Below the pieces are notes generated by a model. That model was not told the DNA's origin, ran no database searches, and saw only the letters and a program-made list of their open reading frames with translations. Shown one piece after another: positions 38,544 through 48,543 of a stretch of DNA of 64,000 nt (positions within the stretch are counted from its first letter, which is position 1; every line of letters begins with the position of its first letter). Made by a program: the position numbers and the translations under genes. Source of the stretch: Escherichia virus TH57. The stretch lies in sequence record MT446422.1, one strand, 5' to 3'.

Positions 38544-39212
38544 ATGATTGACAAGAACTACATTGAGGAAATTCGTGTCCTCGAGAAAAAAGAAGCCAAA
38601 GAAAAATTAGCCGAATACGCAGCATCACTTGGCGTTGATGTTAAGAAAACAAAAACCTTTGATAATATGTTGGCTGACCTGGAAGCAGGACTTAAAGCAT
38701 TTGCTGACATGCCTATGCCTGATGATAATGAAGGCCTGAGCATCACTGACCTTATCGATGCCGACGATGAATTATCTGGTGCTAAATTCGAAGGGGATGA
38801 GTCCGCTAAAGAAGAAGCCAAACTATTATTTGATGCTCCAACCGAAGTAAAGGTTGAAGTTGTAGAAATCGAAAAACCTGCAACAGTTTTGGTTGAAGAA
38901 GATGTTCCCTTTGTCGAAGAGAAATTCAAAGAGGCTGTAGCCAAGGTTATCGAATCTGAAAAACCTGTATTTGCTCTGCCAAAAAACTTTAGTCCAAATC
39001 TTATGCTTATTGGCAAGAACCCTGGATTCTGTACTGTCCCATGGTGGATTTATCAGTGGATTGCCGAGACTCCAGATTGGAAAGAACGTCCAACTGCTTT
39101 CCCACATCCCACCGCACACCAAACTCTATTCAGTTTGATTTATTACATCAATCGTAATGGGTCTGTTCTAGTAAGAGAAACTCGTAACTCATCTTTTGTC
39201 ACTTTAAAATAA
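38544..39212 (+). CDS. inh: putative Inh (prohead protease inhibitor), acidic protein
   Basis: 222 aa, acidic; immediately upstream of hoc as in T4; synteny and size only. Confidence 0.45.
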   Translation: MIDKNYIEEIRVLEKKEAKEKLAEYAASLGVDVKKTKTFDNMLADLEAGLKAFADMPMPDDNEGLSITDLIDADDELSGAKFEGDESAKEEAKLLFDAPTEVKVEVVEIEKPATVLVEEDVPFVEEKFKEAVAKVIESEKPVFALPKNFSPNLMLIGKNPGFCTVPWWIYQWIAETPDWKERPTAFPHPTAHQTLFSLIYYINRNGSVLVRETRNSSFVTLK

Positions 39213-39221
39213 GGGTTTATT

Positions 39222-40355
39222 ATGGCTTATACCGTAGATATTGCTCCTTTGGCGGCCACAGCCGTTATTGGAGCAACAACCAATTTCACTGCGACCGGTT
39301 CCGGTGCTGCAGCTGAAGGTACCGAATCATTTGTTTGGACCGTTGATGGCGTTCCTCAATCTTCTGTGACTGCTGCAATGGATTATGTTGCTGTTGGTCC
39401 AGCAGGCAGTAAGACTATTAAAGTTGTTGCAACTACCACTCCGGCAGACGGCGAACCAGAAACTGCTGAGGCTGAGACAACTTTAACTATCCAGAATAAA
39501 ACAATGCCGGCAATCACGCTGACTTTAGACCCAGCCTCTGTTACTAAAGAAATAGGACAATCTCAAGTTGTTACAGCTAATATTAGCGGGCAACCAGATG
39601 GAGCGTCCGCTTCTTATGTATGGAAACGAAATGCTGACGTAATCCCAGGGCAAACTGGTAAAACAATCACCATCACCGAATCGGCTGAAGCAAATTATAC
39701 ATTGAACTGTGAAGTTACTGTTTCAGCAACAGATTATGATAATGGCACCGCAACTAAAAGCGCAGTAGTTACCTTTGTTAAGAAAACTATGTCAGGTGTT
39801 TCTGTTACATTAACCCCAGAATCAATTAATGTTCCGGAAGGTACCCCGGCTTCTTTTAAAGCGGATGTAGTCGGCGCACCTAGTGGAGCTACTTTTGCCT
39901 ATTCTTGGAAGAAAGATGGTTCTCCTGTAGTTGGCACCACGGATACTCTAGCAATCGACACAAGCACCGAAGGTTCCCAGGTTATTGAAGTTTCTGTTGT
40001 GGTTTCGGCGACTGATTATGACCCGGCGACTGTCACAAAAACCGGTAATGTAACAGTCACGGCTAAAGTCGCACCAGTTCCAGATGGCGAATTACCTTAT
40101 GTTCATCCATTGCCGGTACGTAATTCAGCTTATATCTGGTGTGGTTGGTGGGTTATGGATGAAATTCAGAAAATGGCTCTTGCCGGGCAAGACTGGAAAA
40201 CCGATGCCCCAGATAGCCCATATTATTTGCACCGATACACACTTCAAAAAATGATTACCGACTATCCAGAGGTTGATGTACAAGAATCTCGTAATGGTCG
40301 AATTATTCATCGCACCGCTTTAGAAGCTGGTATTATATACGATTACGTTTATTAA
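39222..40355 (+). CDS. hoc: highly immunogenic outer capsid protein Hoc (Ig-like repeats)
   Basis: 377 aa; repeated Ig-like modules; C-terminal capsid-binding region ELPYVHPLPVRNSAYIWCGWWVMDEIQKM matches T4 Hoc. Confidence 0.85.
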   Translation: MAYTVDIAPLAATAVIGATTNFTATGSGAAAEGTESFVWTVDGVPQSSVTAAMDYVAVGPAGSKTIKVVATTTPADGEPETAEAETTLTIQNKTMPAITLTLDPASVTKEIGQSQVVTANISGQPDGASASYVWKRNADVIPGQTGKTITITESAEANYTLNCEVTVSATDYDNGTATKSAVVTFVKKTMSGVSVTLTPESINVPEGTPASFKADVVGAPSGATFAYSWKKDGSPVVGTTDTLAIDTSTEGSQVIEVSVVVSATDYDPATVTKTGNVTVTAKVAPVPDGELPYVHPLPVRNSAYIWCGWWVMDEIQKMALAGQDWKTDAPDSPYYLHRYTLQKMITDYPEVDVQESRNGRIIHRTALEAGIIYDYVY

Positions 40356-40362
40356 TTAAAAA

Positions 40363-40387
40363 GGGACCTTCGGGTCCCTTTATTTTT
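40363..40387 (+). terminator. Rho-independent terminator after hoc
   Basis: GGGACC-TTCG-GGTCCC hairpin plus T-run. Confidence 0.7.
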
Positions 40388-40474
40388 ATGGTACTGAGCA
40401 AACGTTGCCTGGGCCCCTTTCTCCGGTAAGTCCTTGTGGCCACCATAACAATTGTTCATCTGGCATAAAAACAT

Positions 40475-40504
40475 GTTTACAAGTTAAAAATTCCATGTTA
40501 AGAT
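40475..40504 (+). promoter_or_regulatory. T4-type early promoter
   Basis: GTTTACA, 17 nt, TAAGAT. Confidence 0.4.
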
Positions 40505-40521
40505 AGCTTCACCAACTCAAC

Positions 40522-40725
40522 ATGAGAATCATTATGGATAAGGTTAAAGTACATTTTCTGCATGAATCTGGTATGACATTTATTGAAATCGCCAAGGTAT
40601 TAGGCGGGACTGCTAAAGAGATGGCAAAAGCCTGGGTTGATGTAGAACAAGCCAAAGCTAAATTTAAAGCGAAAGAAAAGATTGTTTATCGTAAACGTTT
40701 GAATAACAAAAAGGTGAAGAAATGA
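40522..40725 (+). CDS. hypothetical small basic protein
   Basis: 67-aa ORF with Lys-rich C-terminus. Confidence 0.4.
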   Translation: MRIIMDKVKVHFLHESGMTFIEIAKVLGGTAKEMAKAWVDVEQAKAKFKAKEKIVYRKRLNNKKVKK

Positions 40726-40985
40726 CATTTGCAGAAGAACTACGCCAAATAGCCAAAGAGTCACAAGATAAAGTTGCAAATGACTTTATTGCTATATTTC
40801 GCAAAGTGGCTATTGCCGCTGCCGAGAATGGCAAAGATGCTGTTAATATGGCAGTTTCTGAAAAAGAGTATGAAGAAGGAAACCGCGCAAAGATATCTGA
40901 ATTTCTGCGGGCAGAAAAATTTACATCATTTACCTGGAATTATGACTGGCAAGAAGCCAAGCCAATGCTGTATGTAAAATTCTGA
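40722..40985 (+). CDS. hypothetical protein
   Basis: 87-aa ORF with ATGA overlap to upstream gene. Confidence 0.4.
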   Translation: MTFAEELRQIAKESQDKVANDFIAIFRKVAIAAAENGKDAVNMAVSEKEYEEGNRAKISEFLRAEKFTSFTWNYDWQEAKPMLYVKF

Positions 40986-40992
40986 CCCTTTT

Positions 40993-41018
40993 TGCTTCAA
41001 ATAAAAATGCGGTATAAT
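40993..41018 (+). promoter_or_regulatory. T4-type middle promoter (MotA box TGCTTCA) upstream of rnlB
   Basis: TTTGCTTCA, 13 nt, TATAAT, followed by conserved GGTTCTAGACCC. Confidence 0.55.
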
Positions 41019-41114
41019 GGTTCTAGACCCTTTGTGACTATTAATTCCTTTCAGAGAAAGAAAGTATAGTGGGTCTAATTTATAATGATATTTATAACAT
41101 CAAAGTGAGAGATT

Positions 41115-42122
41115 ATGTTTAAAAAATACAACAGCCTTGAAAATCACTATAACAACAAGTTCATTGAAAAGATTCGTCTACAAGGCTTCACCAGCGGTGA
41201 ATGGGTAGCTCGTGAAAAGATTCATGGTACCAACTTTTCACTAATCATTGAACAAGACAATGTGACATGTGCGAAACGCACTGGACCTATCCTGCCTGCA
41301 GAAGATTTCTATGGATATGAAATTGTATTAAAGAACTATGCAGATTCTATTAAATCTGTACAGAAACTTTTGCAGGATATTAATTACCAGTCATATCAGA
41401 TTTATGGCGAGTTTGCTGGTACAGGTATTCAGAAGAATGTTGATTACGGTGATAAAGATTTTTATGTATTTGATATCCGCGTTACTAAGGAAGATGGCTC
41501 TGAATCCGTCCTGACTGACACACTTATGGAAGCCTTCTGCATTATTCATAAGTTTAAAGTTGCTCCGCGCCTGGCTACCGGAAGCTTTGAAGACCTTATT
41601 AAGCTCCCTAATGACCTGGATTCTGTGGTCCCTGATTACAATTTTACAGTGGATAACGCAGGATTGACTACAGCAAATACCACTGATTTTGATGCAAAGG
41701 TGGAAGGTAAAGTATTCACTGCTGAAGGATTTGTATTAAAACCTGATGTCCCTGCCTGGTTACCTAACGGCGAGCGTGTAGCGATTAAATGTAAGAACTC
41801 TAAATTCAGTGAAAAGAAAAAGTCTGATAAGCCTATTAAGGCTGCTGTTGTGTTGTCCCAGGAAGACCTGGATATTTTATGGAAGTTCACTGATTATGTG
41901 ACTGTTAACCGCATCAATAATGTTATCAGTAAGATTGGGGAAGTATCGCCGAAGGATTTTGGGAAGGTAATGGGTTTGACTGTCCAGGATATCCTGGAAG
42001 AAGCGGGTCGTGAAGGCCTTGAATTAACCCAGACGGAAAATCCTGTTGAAGTTAAAAAGCAACTTATCGCAAATGTAAGAGAAACATTAAGACATGTTTG
42101 GATTGCATTAATTAGTGAATAA
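41115..42122 (+). CDS. rnlB: RNA ligase 2
   Basis: 335 aa; [19 protein letters not shown], nucleotidyl-transferase lysine motif [30 protein letters not shown] match T4 Rnl2. Confidence 0.9.
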   Translation: MFKKYNSLENHYNNKFIEKIRLQGFTSGEWVAREKIHGTNFSLIIEQDNVTCAKRTGPILPAEDFYGYEIVLKNYADSIKSVQKLLQDINYQSYQIYGEFAGTGIQKNVDYGDKDFYVFDIRVTKEDGSESVLTDTLMEAFCIIHKFKVAPRLATGSFEDLIKLPNDLDSVVPDYNFTVDNAGLTTANTTDFDAKVEGKVFTAEGFVLKPDVPAWLPNGERVAIKCKNSKFSEKKKSDKPIKAAVVLSQEDLDILWKFTDYVTVNRINNVISKIGEVSPKDFGKVMGLTVQDILEEAGREGLELTQTENPVEVKKQLIANVRETLRHVWIALISE

Positions 42123-42150
42123 AAAGGGCCGCAAGGCCCTTATTCTTTTT
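42121..42150. terminator. Bidirectional hairpin terminator between rnlB and the gene 24 paralog
   Basis: A-run, GGGCC-GCAA-GGCCC, T-rich run. Confidence 0.6.
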
Positions 42151-43423
42151 CCAGTGGTGGAAGTTTAACACCAAGATAAGAACTCAATTGGCTTTGGTTG
42201 GCCATCTTATCCATATCAGCTCCATCAATAATGCGAGCTTCTTTATCATCTTTAGCAACCGTGTAAGGGTTCGCTGTCAATGCATAACGAGCTAACAGTG
42301 CAACCGTAGGCTGTAAGCTTTCAGGGTCAACAATAACCTTGAATTCCCCAACCGAGGTATCACCCTCATCATCAACTTCGCTAAGCCCTTCCGTATAAGG
42401 CGCATAATACAAAGATGCGACCGTCTGACCCTCGCCCATATCCGCATTTACACCAACAATAACATAATCGCATGGACTATTCATATCTGCATAAAGAGGC
42501 AAACCGTTCTTCAGAACACCATAGGCCAATTCATCCTGGTCTTCCTTTTTCTCAACCCAACCAGAAGCGGCTAAAATAGCTGCACAACGGGAAGAAGCAA
42601 CCGCATATGTACCAGCAAACGAAGTCTGACGTTGAACTGCAGAATTCATTTCACACATATAATAATACAGGGTTCGTGCGCGGTCCTGTGCGTTATCATA
42701 TTTCGGGTCAGTGAGATTCAACACACCTTTTTCAGAAACACCTTGGACCTTGAAGCGGGAACTAACAGTAATAAGGGATTGCAATACATCCTTATTAATT
42801 TCCTCTGCCATTTGAATGCCGAGAATATTATCGATGAAGTCTGTTGCATCGAAACCGTTTGCTTCCAGGTCCTGGGCAAGCTCGACAGTTAAAGAAGTTT
42901 TCAACTTTCTGGATTTAACTTCAGTCTGCCATTTATCGATACGGAAACCAGCTTCAGCAATTTCAGGATGCCCCTTTTCAAATTTATCAGTGAAAGCAGC
43001 ATCTGACATCATTCTTATATGTCCAGCAGCAATGGCTTCAGAAATAACTTCACCTAAATCAGTTTCGAGTGTCCCGGCAAAGGGAGAAGCTTCCAGAACT
43101 TTGAATACAACGCTTTCAAACTGAAACATATCGCCGACTGCATAAGCTTCGTCTTTGTTCGTAAATTCTGGGATATTCTTACGCTCGAACATACCAATCT
43201 GGCCCGCGAATGTTGCTCCACCGAGATAAGTCATTTTATCATCTGGGTTCAGAACACGAACACCATACAGCGCTGCAACAGGCTGGGTAGTTTTCTGTTC
43301 GGCCACGAGTGCTTTAAAAATTCGTTTATTCGTAGCCTGGGTATAAGAAAGCAAATTAGGACGGGCGACCTGGTTGGCCGCCGTTAATGTTGATTCATGA
43401 ATTAGTGCATTAATCTTTTGCAT
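42140..43423 (-). CDS. capsid vertex protein gp24 paralog (divergent second copy)
   Basis: 427 aa, gp23/gp24 fold family; shares blocks with the adjacent copy (KSRKLKT.LTVELAQD.EANGF, EINKDVLQSLITVS, YAPYTEGL, LARYALTANPYTVAKDDKEARIID) but is more diverged from T4 gp24. Confidence 0.75.
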   Translation of the reverse strand: MQKINALIHESTLTAANQVARPNLLSYTQATNKRIFKALVAEQKTTQPVAALYGVRVLNPDDKMTYLGGATFAGQIGMFERKNIPEFTNKDEAYAVGDMFQFESVVFKVLEASPFAGTLETDLGEVISEAIAAGHIRMMSDAAFTDKFEKGHPEIAEAGFRIDKWQTEVKSRKLKTSLTVELAQDLEANGFDATDFIDNILGIQMAEEINKDVLQSLITVSSRFKVQGVSEKGVLNLTDPKYDNAQDRARTLYYYMCEMNSAVQRQTSFAGTYAVASSRCAAILAASGWVEKKEDQDELAYGVLKNGLPLYADMNSPCDYVIVGVNADMGEGQTVASLYYAPYTEGLSEVDDEGDTSVGEFKVIVDPESLQPTVALLARYALTANPYTVAKDDKEARIIDGADMDKMANQSQLSSYLGVKLPPLEKE

Positions 43424-44704
43424 TTACGCCTCATAAATGATTGGCGGAAGTTTAACACCGAGCAGATAAGACATGTTGCTCTGACCGGCCATTAAATCCA
43501 TATTGGTTGCATCGATAATACGAGCTTCTTTATCGTCTTTAGCAACGGTGTAAGGGTTGGCTGAAAGTGCATATCGAACCATCAAGGAGATAGATGGCTG
43601 CAAGCTGTCTGGGTCCACAATGACCTTAAACGCACCTACGTGTTCTTCATCATCTAAGTCCAGGCCTTCGGTATAAGGAGCATAGAAGATTGAGCCTACG
43701 ACTTCGTTTCCGCCGTAATTTTCTTTAACGCCAACGGTTACATAATCCAATGGACTGTTAACATCACAGAATACAGGGAGGCCATTAATCAAATAACCGT
43801 ACGCTGTTTCAGGAAGCCATTGTTCATCTTCTGGTTTATGTTTCAGCCACCCAGAACCGGCCAGCATAGCAGCAACACGGCTAGAGGCAACAACAAAGGT
43901 ACCGGAATAAGATGTAGTTTTCTGAATTTCGGAGTTCATTTCGCAAACCAGTTCATACAGTTTACGTGCGCCTTCTGGAGCTGCATCATATGTTAAATCG
44001 ATGGTGCCATTGTCAGAAACGCCAGTTACTTTATAACGCTTGGAAACGGTAATAAGAGACTGAAGAACATCTTTGTTAATTTCATCTGCCATAATAGTAG
44101 CAAGCAGGTCTTCCAGGAAAGCAGGAGCATTAAAGCCATTTGCTTCCATATCCTGAGCAAGTTCAACAGTTAATGCAGTTTTCAATTTACGGGATTTAAC
44201 AGGAGCATTCCATTTATTAACCTGGAATACAGCATTGCTAATTTCAACATCACCGGCTTCGAATTTTTCGGTGTGTGCAGCATCAGGAACTAAACGAATA
44301 GTCGATGCAATAAGACCTTCTTGCAGAACATCAGATAACACTGTTTCTGTGGTCGATGCAAATGGATTATCAACCAGAGCTTTATAAACGATATTCTGGA
44401 ATTTAATGTATCCGCCTTTAGCTACGGCCTGAGTTGGGGTTGTAAATTCCGGAATAGTTGTACGGTCTTTTGAACCAACTTCACCACCATAAGTAGCACC
44501 AGTCTGGAAACTGAATTCATTATCAGGAGTAAGATATTTAACACCGTACAGAGCCGCAACTGGCTGGTTAGTACGTTGTTCAGCGATAATATCGCGGTAA
44601 ATCAATTTGGTTGTAGCACGGGTCAAAGCAACAAGATTCGGGCGGCCCAAGGAGTTGCTGGTAGTAATAGTTGACTCGCGCAGTAATTTGTTAATCTTTG
44701 CCAT
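43424..44704 (-). CDS. 24: capsid vertex protein gp24
   Basis: Start at Met 14 (MAKINKLLRES as in T4); close match to T4 gp24 throughout. Confidence 0.9.
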   Translation of the reverse strand: MAKINKLLRESTITTSNSLGRPNLVALTRATTKLIYRDIIAEQRTNQPVAALYGVKYLTPDNEFSFQTGATYGGEVGSKDRTTIPEFTTPTQAVAKGGYIKFQNIVYKALVDNPFASTTETVLSDVLQEGLIASTIRLVPDAAHTEKFEAGDVEISNAVFQVNKWNAPVKSRKLKTALTVELAQDMEANGFNAPAFLEDLLATIMADEINKDVLQSLITVSKRYKVTGVSDNGTIDLTYDAAPEGARKLYELVCEMNSEIQKTTSYSGTFVVASSRVAAMLAGSGWLKHKPEDEQWLPETAYGYLINGLPVFCDVNSPLDYVTVGVKENYGGNEVVGSIFYAPYTEGLDLDDEEHVGAFKVIVDPDSLQPSISLMVRYALSANPYTVAKDDKEARIIDATNMDLMAGQSNMSYLLGVKLPPIIYEA

Positions 44705-44744
44705 TTGCGCTTTCCTTTTGTGATATACTTTATTTATTCCCAAT

Positions 44745-44769
44745 AAAAAAGGGACTCCGAAGAGTCCCT
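44745..44769 (-). terminator. Rho-independent terminator downstream of gene 23
   Basis: Plus-strand A-run then GGGACTC ... GAGTCCC; on the minus strand hairpin plus T-run. Confidence 0.6.
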
Positions 44770-44784
44770 GAAATTTATTAAGGA

Positions 44785-46344
44785 TTAAATTCCCTTAACA
44801 TATACACGTCTAAAGTAACCGTTCAAGCCGAGGCTGTTAACGATGTCCGGCATGCCGTTCTGAATGCGCTTGGTCGGAGCCTGAGCAGCAGGGTCAGCAA
44901 ACGGGTTGATACCGATACCGTAACGGGTTTTGAAGCCCATAACCGGCTGGAAGTTTTTCGGGTCAGAGCCACGCAGCGGGGTCAGTGCAACATATGGTGC
45001 GTAGTAGATACCAGCATCCATTTCGTTAGCGCCTTTGTAACCGATGGTGAAATAGTCTGCACGAGCATACTGGTCGATATAGACACGGTATTTGCCACCC
45101 AGAACACCGGCGAACACAGCTTTAGTGGTATCAACGTTGAAACCTTTACCCAGACCCTGAGCAGCATAACTAACAGAAGTATCAACAGCAGCCAGTACGT
45201 TAACTACGTTACGGGAAGCGATGATGAAGTTACCTGCACCACGACCGGTCTGACGAGCGATTTCAGCGGCTTCTTTATCAATCTGGAACAGTAAAGCTTT
45301 GAAGCTTTCACCAGCCCAACGAGCACCACGGATATCAATCGGGTCCTGGAAGTCAAACACACCAGCTTTAGCGCCAACGGTGTTGGTCATACCAGATTTA
45401 CCAACCTGTGCGGAGTAGTTAATCCAATCGATAACTTCACGGTTGATTTCCAACATAATTTCGGTAGCCAGAATACCACTCAATTCGGCATCAGCATCCA
45501 TACCGTGAACAGCACGCAGGTCCTGTGCCAATTCGATAGAGTAGCTTGCTTTCAGCTGGCGAGATTTAGCTTCGATAACTTGTTTATCGATACGGAAGCC
45601 CATTTCGTTCCACGGGTTATCAGAGGAACCGTTAAAACCTTCTTGAAGTTCGGCGATAGAGGTAGCCATACCTTCAGCCAGTTCAGCCAGTTTGCCAGCT
45701 TCGAGCAGTTTGGTAACTTCAGCATCCAGTTTAGCAGCGTCAGTAGCGCCAGCATCAACGGTTACAGCTTCAACAGCCTGGAAGTGCGCGGAACCGGTTG
45801 CTTCGAAGAAGTGAGAATAAATTTTACCAACTTCCAGAACTTTGCTTGCAGCCAGAGCTTCAAAAGTCTGAGCAGCGCCCTGACCAGAGAACATAGCGTT
45901 CGGAGCATACATCGGGTGGAAAGCTTCTTTAGCACCGGCAGCTACAGGGTCTTTACCGTAAACTGCGCGCAGGGCAAATACCTGGCCAGTCGGGTTGTTC
46001 AGAGGCTGTACGCCACAAATATCAAACGCAATCAGATGCGGGATAGCACGACGAACCATGCCCATAACTGCCGGCCCAATCTGAGTTACTGCACCAGAGG
46101 TCTGGCCAGCAGCGATATTGGTAGCATCATAACCATGGTCACCACCGATTTCAGCTTCGGTCAAGAAAGAACCAAATGCTTCGGAGATTTTTTCGTCACG
46201 ATATTCAGGAGCGGTTAGAATATCTTGTTCCTGGTTTTCAAAGATTTTAGCGATGATAGCTTGTTTGGAAGCACCAACGATTTCCGGAAGAGCTTCGTTT
46301 TCCAACAGAGCGGACCATTTTTGAACTAATGCATTCTTTTTCAT
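44785..46344 (-). CDS. 23: major capsid protein gp23
   Basis: 519 aa; extended match to T4 gp23; locally higher GC and biased codon use typical of a highly expressed gene. Confidence 0.95.
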   Translation of the reverse strand: MKKNALVQKWSALLENEALPEIVGASKQAIIAKIFENQEQDILTAPEYRDEKISEAFGSFLTEAEIGGDHGYDATNIAAGQTSGAVTQIGPAVMGMVRRAIPHLIAFDICGVQPLNNPTGQVFALRAVYGKDPVAAGAKEAFHPMYAPNAMFSGQGAAQTFEALAASKVLEVGKIYSHFFEATGSAHFQAVEAVTVDAGATDAAKLDAEVTKLLEAGKLAELAEGMATSIAELQEGFNGSSDNPWNEMGFRIDKQVIEAKSRQLKASYSIELAQDLRAVHGMDADAELSGILATEIMLEINREVIDWINYSAQVGKSGMTNTVGAKAGVFDFQDPIDIRGARWAGESFKALLFQIDKEAAEIARQTGRGAGNFIIASRNVVNVLAAVDTSVSYAAQGLGKGFNVDTTKAVFAGVLGGKYRVYIDQYARADYFTIGYKGANEMDAGIYYAPYVALTPLRGSDPKNFQPVMGFKTRYGIGINPFADPAAQAPTKRIQNGMPDIVNSLGLNGYFRRVYVKGI

Positions 46345-46365
46345 GTGTTGTATAACCTTATTAAA

Positions 46366-47184
46366 TTAAGAAATTCGTGATGCTGCGAGAGCAGACAAGT
46401 CCGCAAAGGACAGGGTAGGCTTGGTGCCTTTTTCTTCAACTGCTTCTGAAATGTAATTCAGTGCCGCAGCATCGTCTACATTTTTATTTATAGCGGCTTC
46501 GGTGATTGGTTTGTCGGTGGCTTCTACCTGACCTTTAACCATTTCAACGATAGCGCCAATTTTGGTACCGAATGCATCAGAGTATTCCATGCCTTCTACC
46601 AGAGAACCAACTTTTTCTTTTTGAGATTCAGTCAGGTCTTTAGTCGCTTCAGTCAACGCAACTTCACGTTGGACATAATTGATATAAGCATCACGCTTAG
46701 CAACTTCTTCGAACAGATTAGCGGTTTCTTCTTTCTGTTCAGCCAGTTCTTCCTGCATTTCTGCAACAACATCAACAGATTCTTCTGGAACAACAACGTT
46801 GTGCTCAACGAACAGTTCTTTCATGCCGGTGAACATGGATTCGAACAGGTCGGCTTTAATGCCACGGTCGACAGCCAGTTTATTTTCAGCGAGCCATTCT
46901 TTAGCAACGTGGTCCAGGAATTTAGCTGCAGATTCTTTCAGTTTTTTCTCTGCTTTTTCGTCGGCTTCTTCTTTATTCTTTTCGACTTCTTCTTCAGCTT
47001 TTTCAGCGATGGCGTGAATGTGAGATTCTGCCAGTTTGATGGCGTGTTGCTTGACGGTAGCTTCGAATACAGTGCCGAAGGTAGCTTTCGCTTCCGGGGA
47101 CAAATTAACTGATTCGAAAATACTATCAAGAGCAACGGAAGCATCGATATTCTGAGCTTCAGAAATGAGTTGTTCTTTAAGCAT
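46366..47184 (-). CDS. 22: prohead core scaffold protein gp22
   Basis: 272 aa, highly charged Glu/Lys/Ala-rich helical composition; synteny. Confidence 0.85.
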   Translation of the reverse strand: MLKEQLISEAQNIDASVALDSIFESVNLSPEAKATFGTVFEATVKQHAIKLAESHIHAIAEKAEEEVEKNKEEADEKAEKKLKESAAKFLDHVAKEWLAENKLAVDRGIKADLFESMFTGMKELFVEHNVVVPEESVDVVAEMQEELAEQKEETANLFEEVAKRDAYINYVQREVALTEATKDLTESQKEKVGSLVEGMEYSDAFGTKIGAIVEMVKGQVEATDKPITEAAINKNVDDAAALNYISEAVEEKGTKPTLSFADLSALAASRIS

Positions 47185-47213
47185 TTTGTAGTCCTGTTGT
47201 TAAGATATACATT

Positions 47214-47221
47214 TATTTATA
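47214..47221 (-). promoter_or_regulatory. T4 late promoter (TATAAATA) for gene 22
   Basis: Minus-strand TATAAATA overlapping the gene 21 stop. Confidence 0.5.
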
Positions 47222-47855
47222 ACGTCTTTAAAGCCTCTGCGAGAGCCATAAAGGCGTCATCGGCACTGGTATCGGCAACTGCCGTTTGTGATTCTGTAAT
47301 CTGCTTTGGTTTGACCCAAGCGTCCGGAGCACTTGGCCCCCATACTGCATCTACTCCAACCGTCAATTTAAAACCTTCATTAACGATGCTATAACCTTTT
47401 GCTGATTTAGTCAGGGAACCAAGTCCACGACTAGATACACCAGGAATCCAACCTGCTCTTATATTCGCAGCAAGTTTATCACCTGGGCCATGGTCGCCTT
47501 CGATAATACGCGCGCGGCCATATACATCATTACCTTTCCACCACATGTCCTCGATAATAATTGCCGCCTGCATAGGGTCAACGTTTGCACGAGGTGGATG
47601 GTTTAATTCTCCAAGAGACTGTTTGGTTTCAACCTGTTCGGCGATATAGTCCGCAACGGCTTTTTCCAAAATATGTTTAGGATAAAGTCGTTTATTACGG
47701 TTAACAACTTCAGCTTGTAGGAAAATACCTTCAATATAAAGTCCTGGCTTTAAACCGCTGCTGGAACCATCATGAGATTCCAACATCGGTACACCATCTT
47801 TAATTTCGCCCGGTTGACCCCAGTGTTCAATTAGTAACTCTGGTTTCTGTTCCAT
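47217..47855 (-). CDS. 21: prohead core protease gp21
   Basis: 212 aa; near-identical blocks to T4 gp21 (LLIEHWGQPGEI, GLYIEGIFLQAEVVNRNKRLYPK, GDHGPGDKLAANIRAGWIPGVSSRGLGS). Confidence 0.95.
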   Translation of the reverse strand: MEQKPELLIEHWGQPGEIKDGVPMLESHDGSSSGLKPGLYIEGIFLQAEVVNRNKRLYPKHILEKAVADYIAEQVETKQSLGELNHPPRANVDPMQAAIIIEDMWWKGNDVYGRARIIEGDHGPGDKLAANIRAGWIPGVSSRGLGSLTKSAKGYSIVNEGFKLTVGVDAVWGPSAPDAWVKPKQITESQTAVADTSADDAFMALAEALKTL

Positions 47856-48283
47856 TAATCAAGTCCGAATGCTTTACGCTTAGCTCGAGCTTTTTTGCGC
47901 TTGCGCTCTGCTCTGATTTGCGTAGATGGGTTTGCTCTTTTCGTTTTAGTAGCCAGACGGGCAATTTGACGACGTTTAGCTTTAGAAAGACCAGTTGTTT
48001 GGAAAGCATTACGCTTACGAGTAGCTAGGTCTTTTGTGCGGGTTAGCTCACCGCGAGACGATACATGTTTAACGATAAATTCGTTAAGCTGAACACCTTC
48101 ATTCAGTGCACCGATAACCGTTGCTTTTTCGTATTCACCGGCTGCAAACATGTTTTCTACAATAATATTTATATCGTCTTTTTCTAAGGCTTCAGATAAT
48201 GAATCAAATTGTCCCTGAGCTTCTTCGGAAACACTTTCGATGTTTTCAAGAGTTAATTCGTAATCATCAGGGATAATAAACAT
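47855..48283 (-). CDS. 68: prohead core protein gp68
   Basis: 142 aa with basic C-terminus; synteny. Confidence 0.7.
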   Translation of the reverse strand: MFIIPDDYELTLENIESVSEEAQGQFDSLSEALEKDDINIIVENMFAAGEYEKATVIGALNEGVQLNEFIVKHVSSRGELTRTKDLATRKRNAFQTTGLSKAKRRQIARLATKTKRANPSTQIRAERKRKKARAKRKAFGLD

Positions 48284-48543
48284 TATTCATCGTCCTCATC
48301 TTCATCTTCATCATCGTCGCCTTCGTCAGCGTCATCAGATTCTTTTTTGTCTTTCTTTTCTTCTTTGCCTTCGTCCTTGTTTTCATCTTCTTTAGGCTCT
48401 TCACCTTCAATCATGATGGAACGTGCAATTTCAATCTTACGTTCTTCAATCAAACTACCGCATACTGGGCCAATGTTTTCAGCAAAATATTTGCGAACGG
48501 CTACGAGGTCGTTTGATTTAATGGCTTCAAATAAATCATCCAT
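48283..48543 (-). CDS. 67: prohead core protein gp67 (acidic tail)
   Basis: 86 aa, C-terminal Asp/Glu run; synteny. Confidence 0.7.
   Translation of the reverse strand: MDDLFEAIKSNDLVAVRKYFAENIGPVCGSLIEERKIEIARSIMIEGEEPKEDENKDEGKEEKKDKKESDDADEGDDDEDEDEDDE

Noticed and set aside
39222-40355. Internal repeats in hoc as a possible DNA repeat or mobile element
   Set aside because: The repetition reflects tandem Ig-like protein domains of Hoc, not a mobile element or CRISPR-like array.
45505-46218. 237-aa plus-strand ORF antisense to gene 23
   Set aside because: Embedded in the major capsid gene on the opposite strand; its length is explained by the biased codon use of gene 23.
44785-46344. Elevated GC in gene 23 as a sign of foreign origin
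   Set aside because: The protein is a canonical T4-like gp23 in the expected position; the skew fits codon optimisation of a highly expressed late gene.
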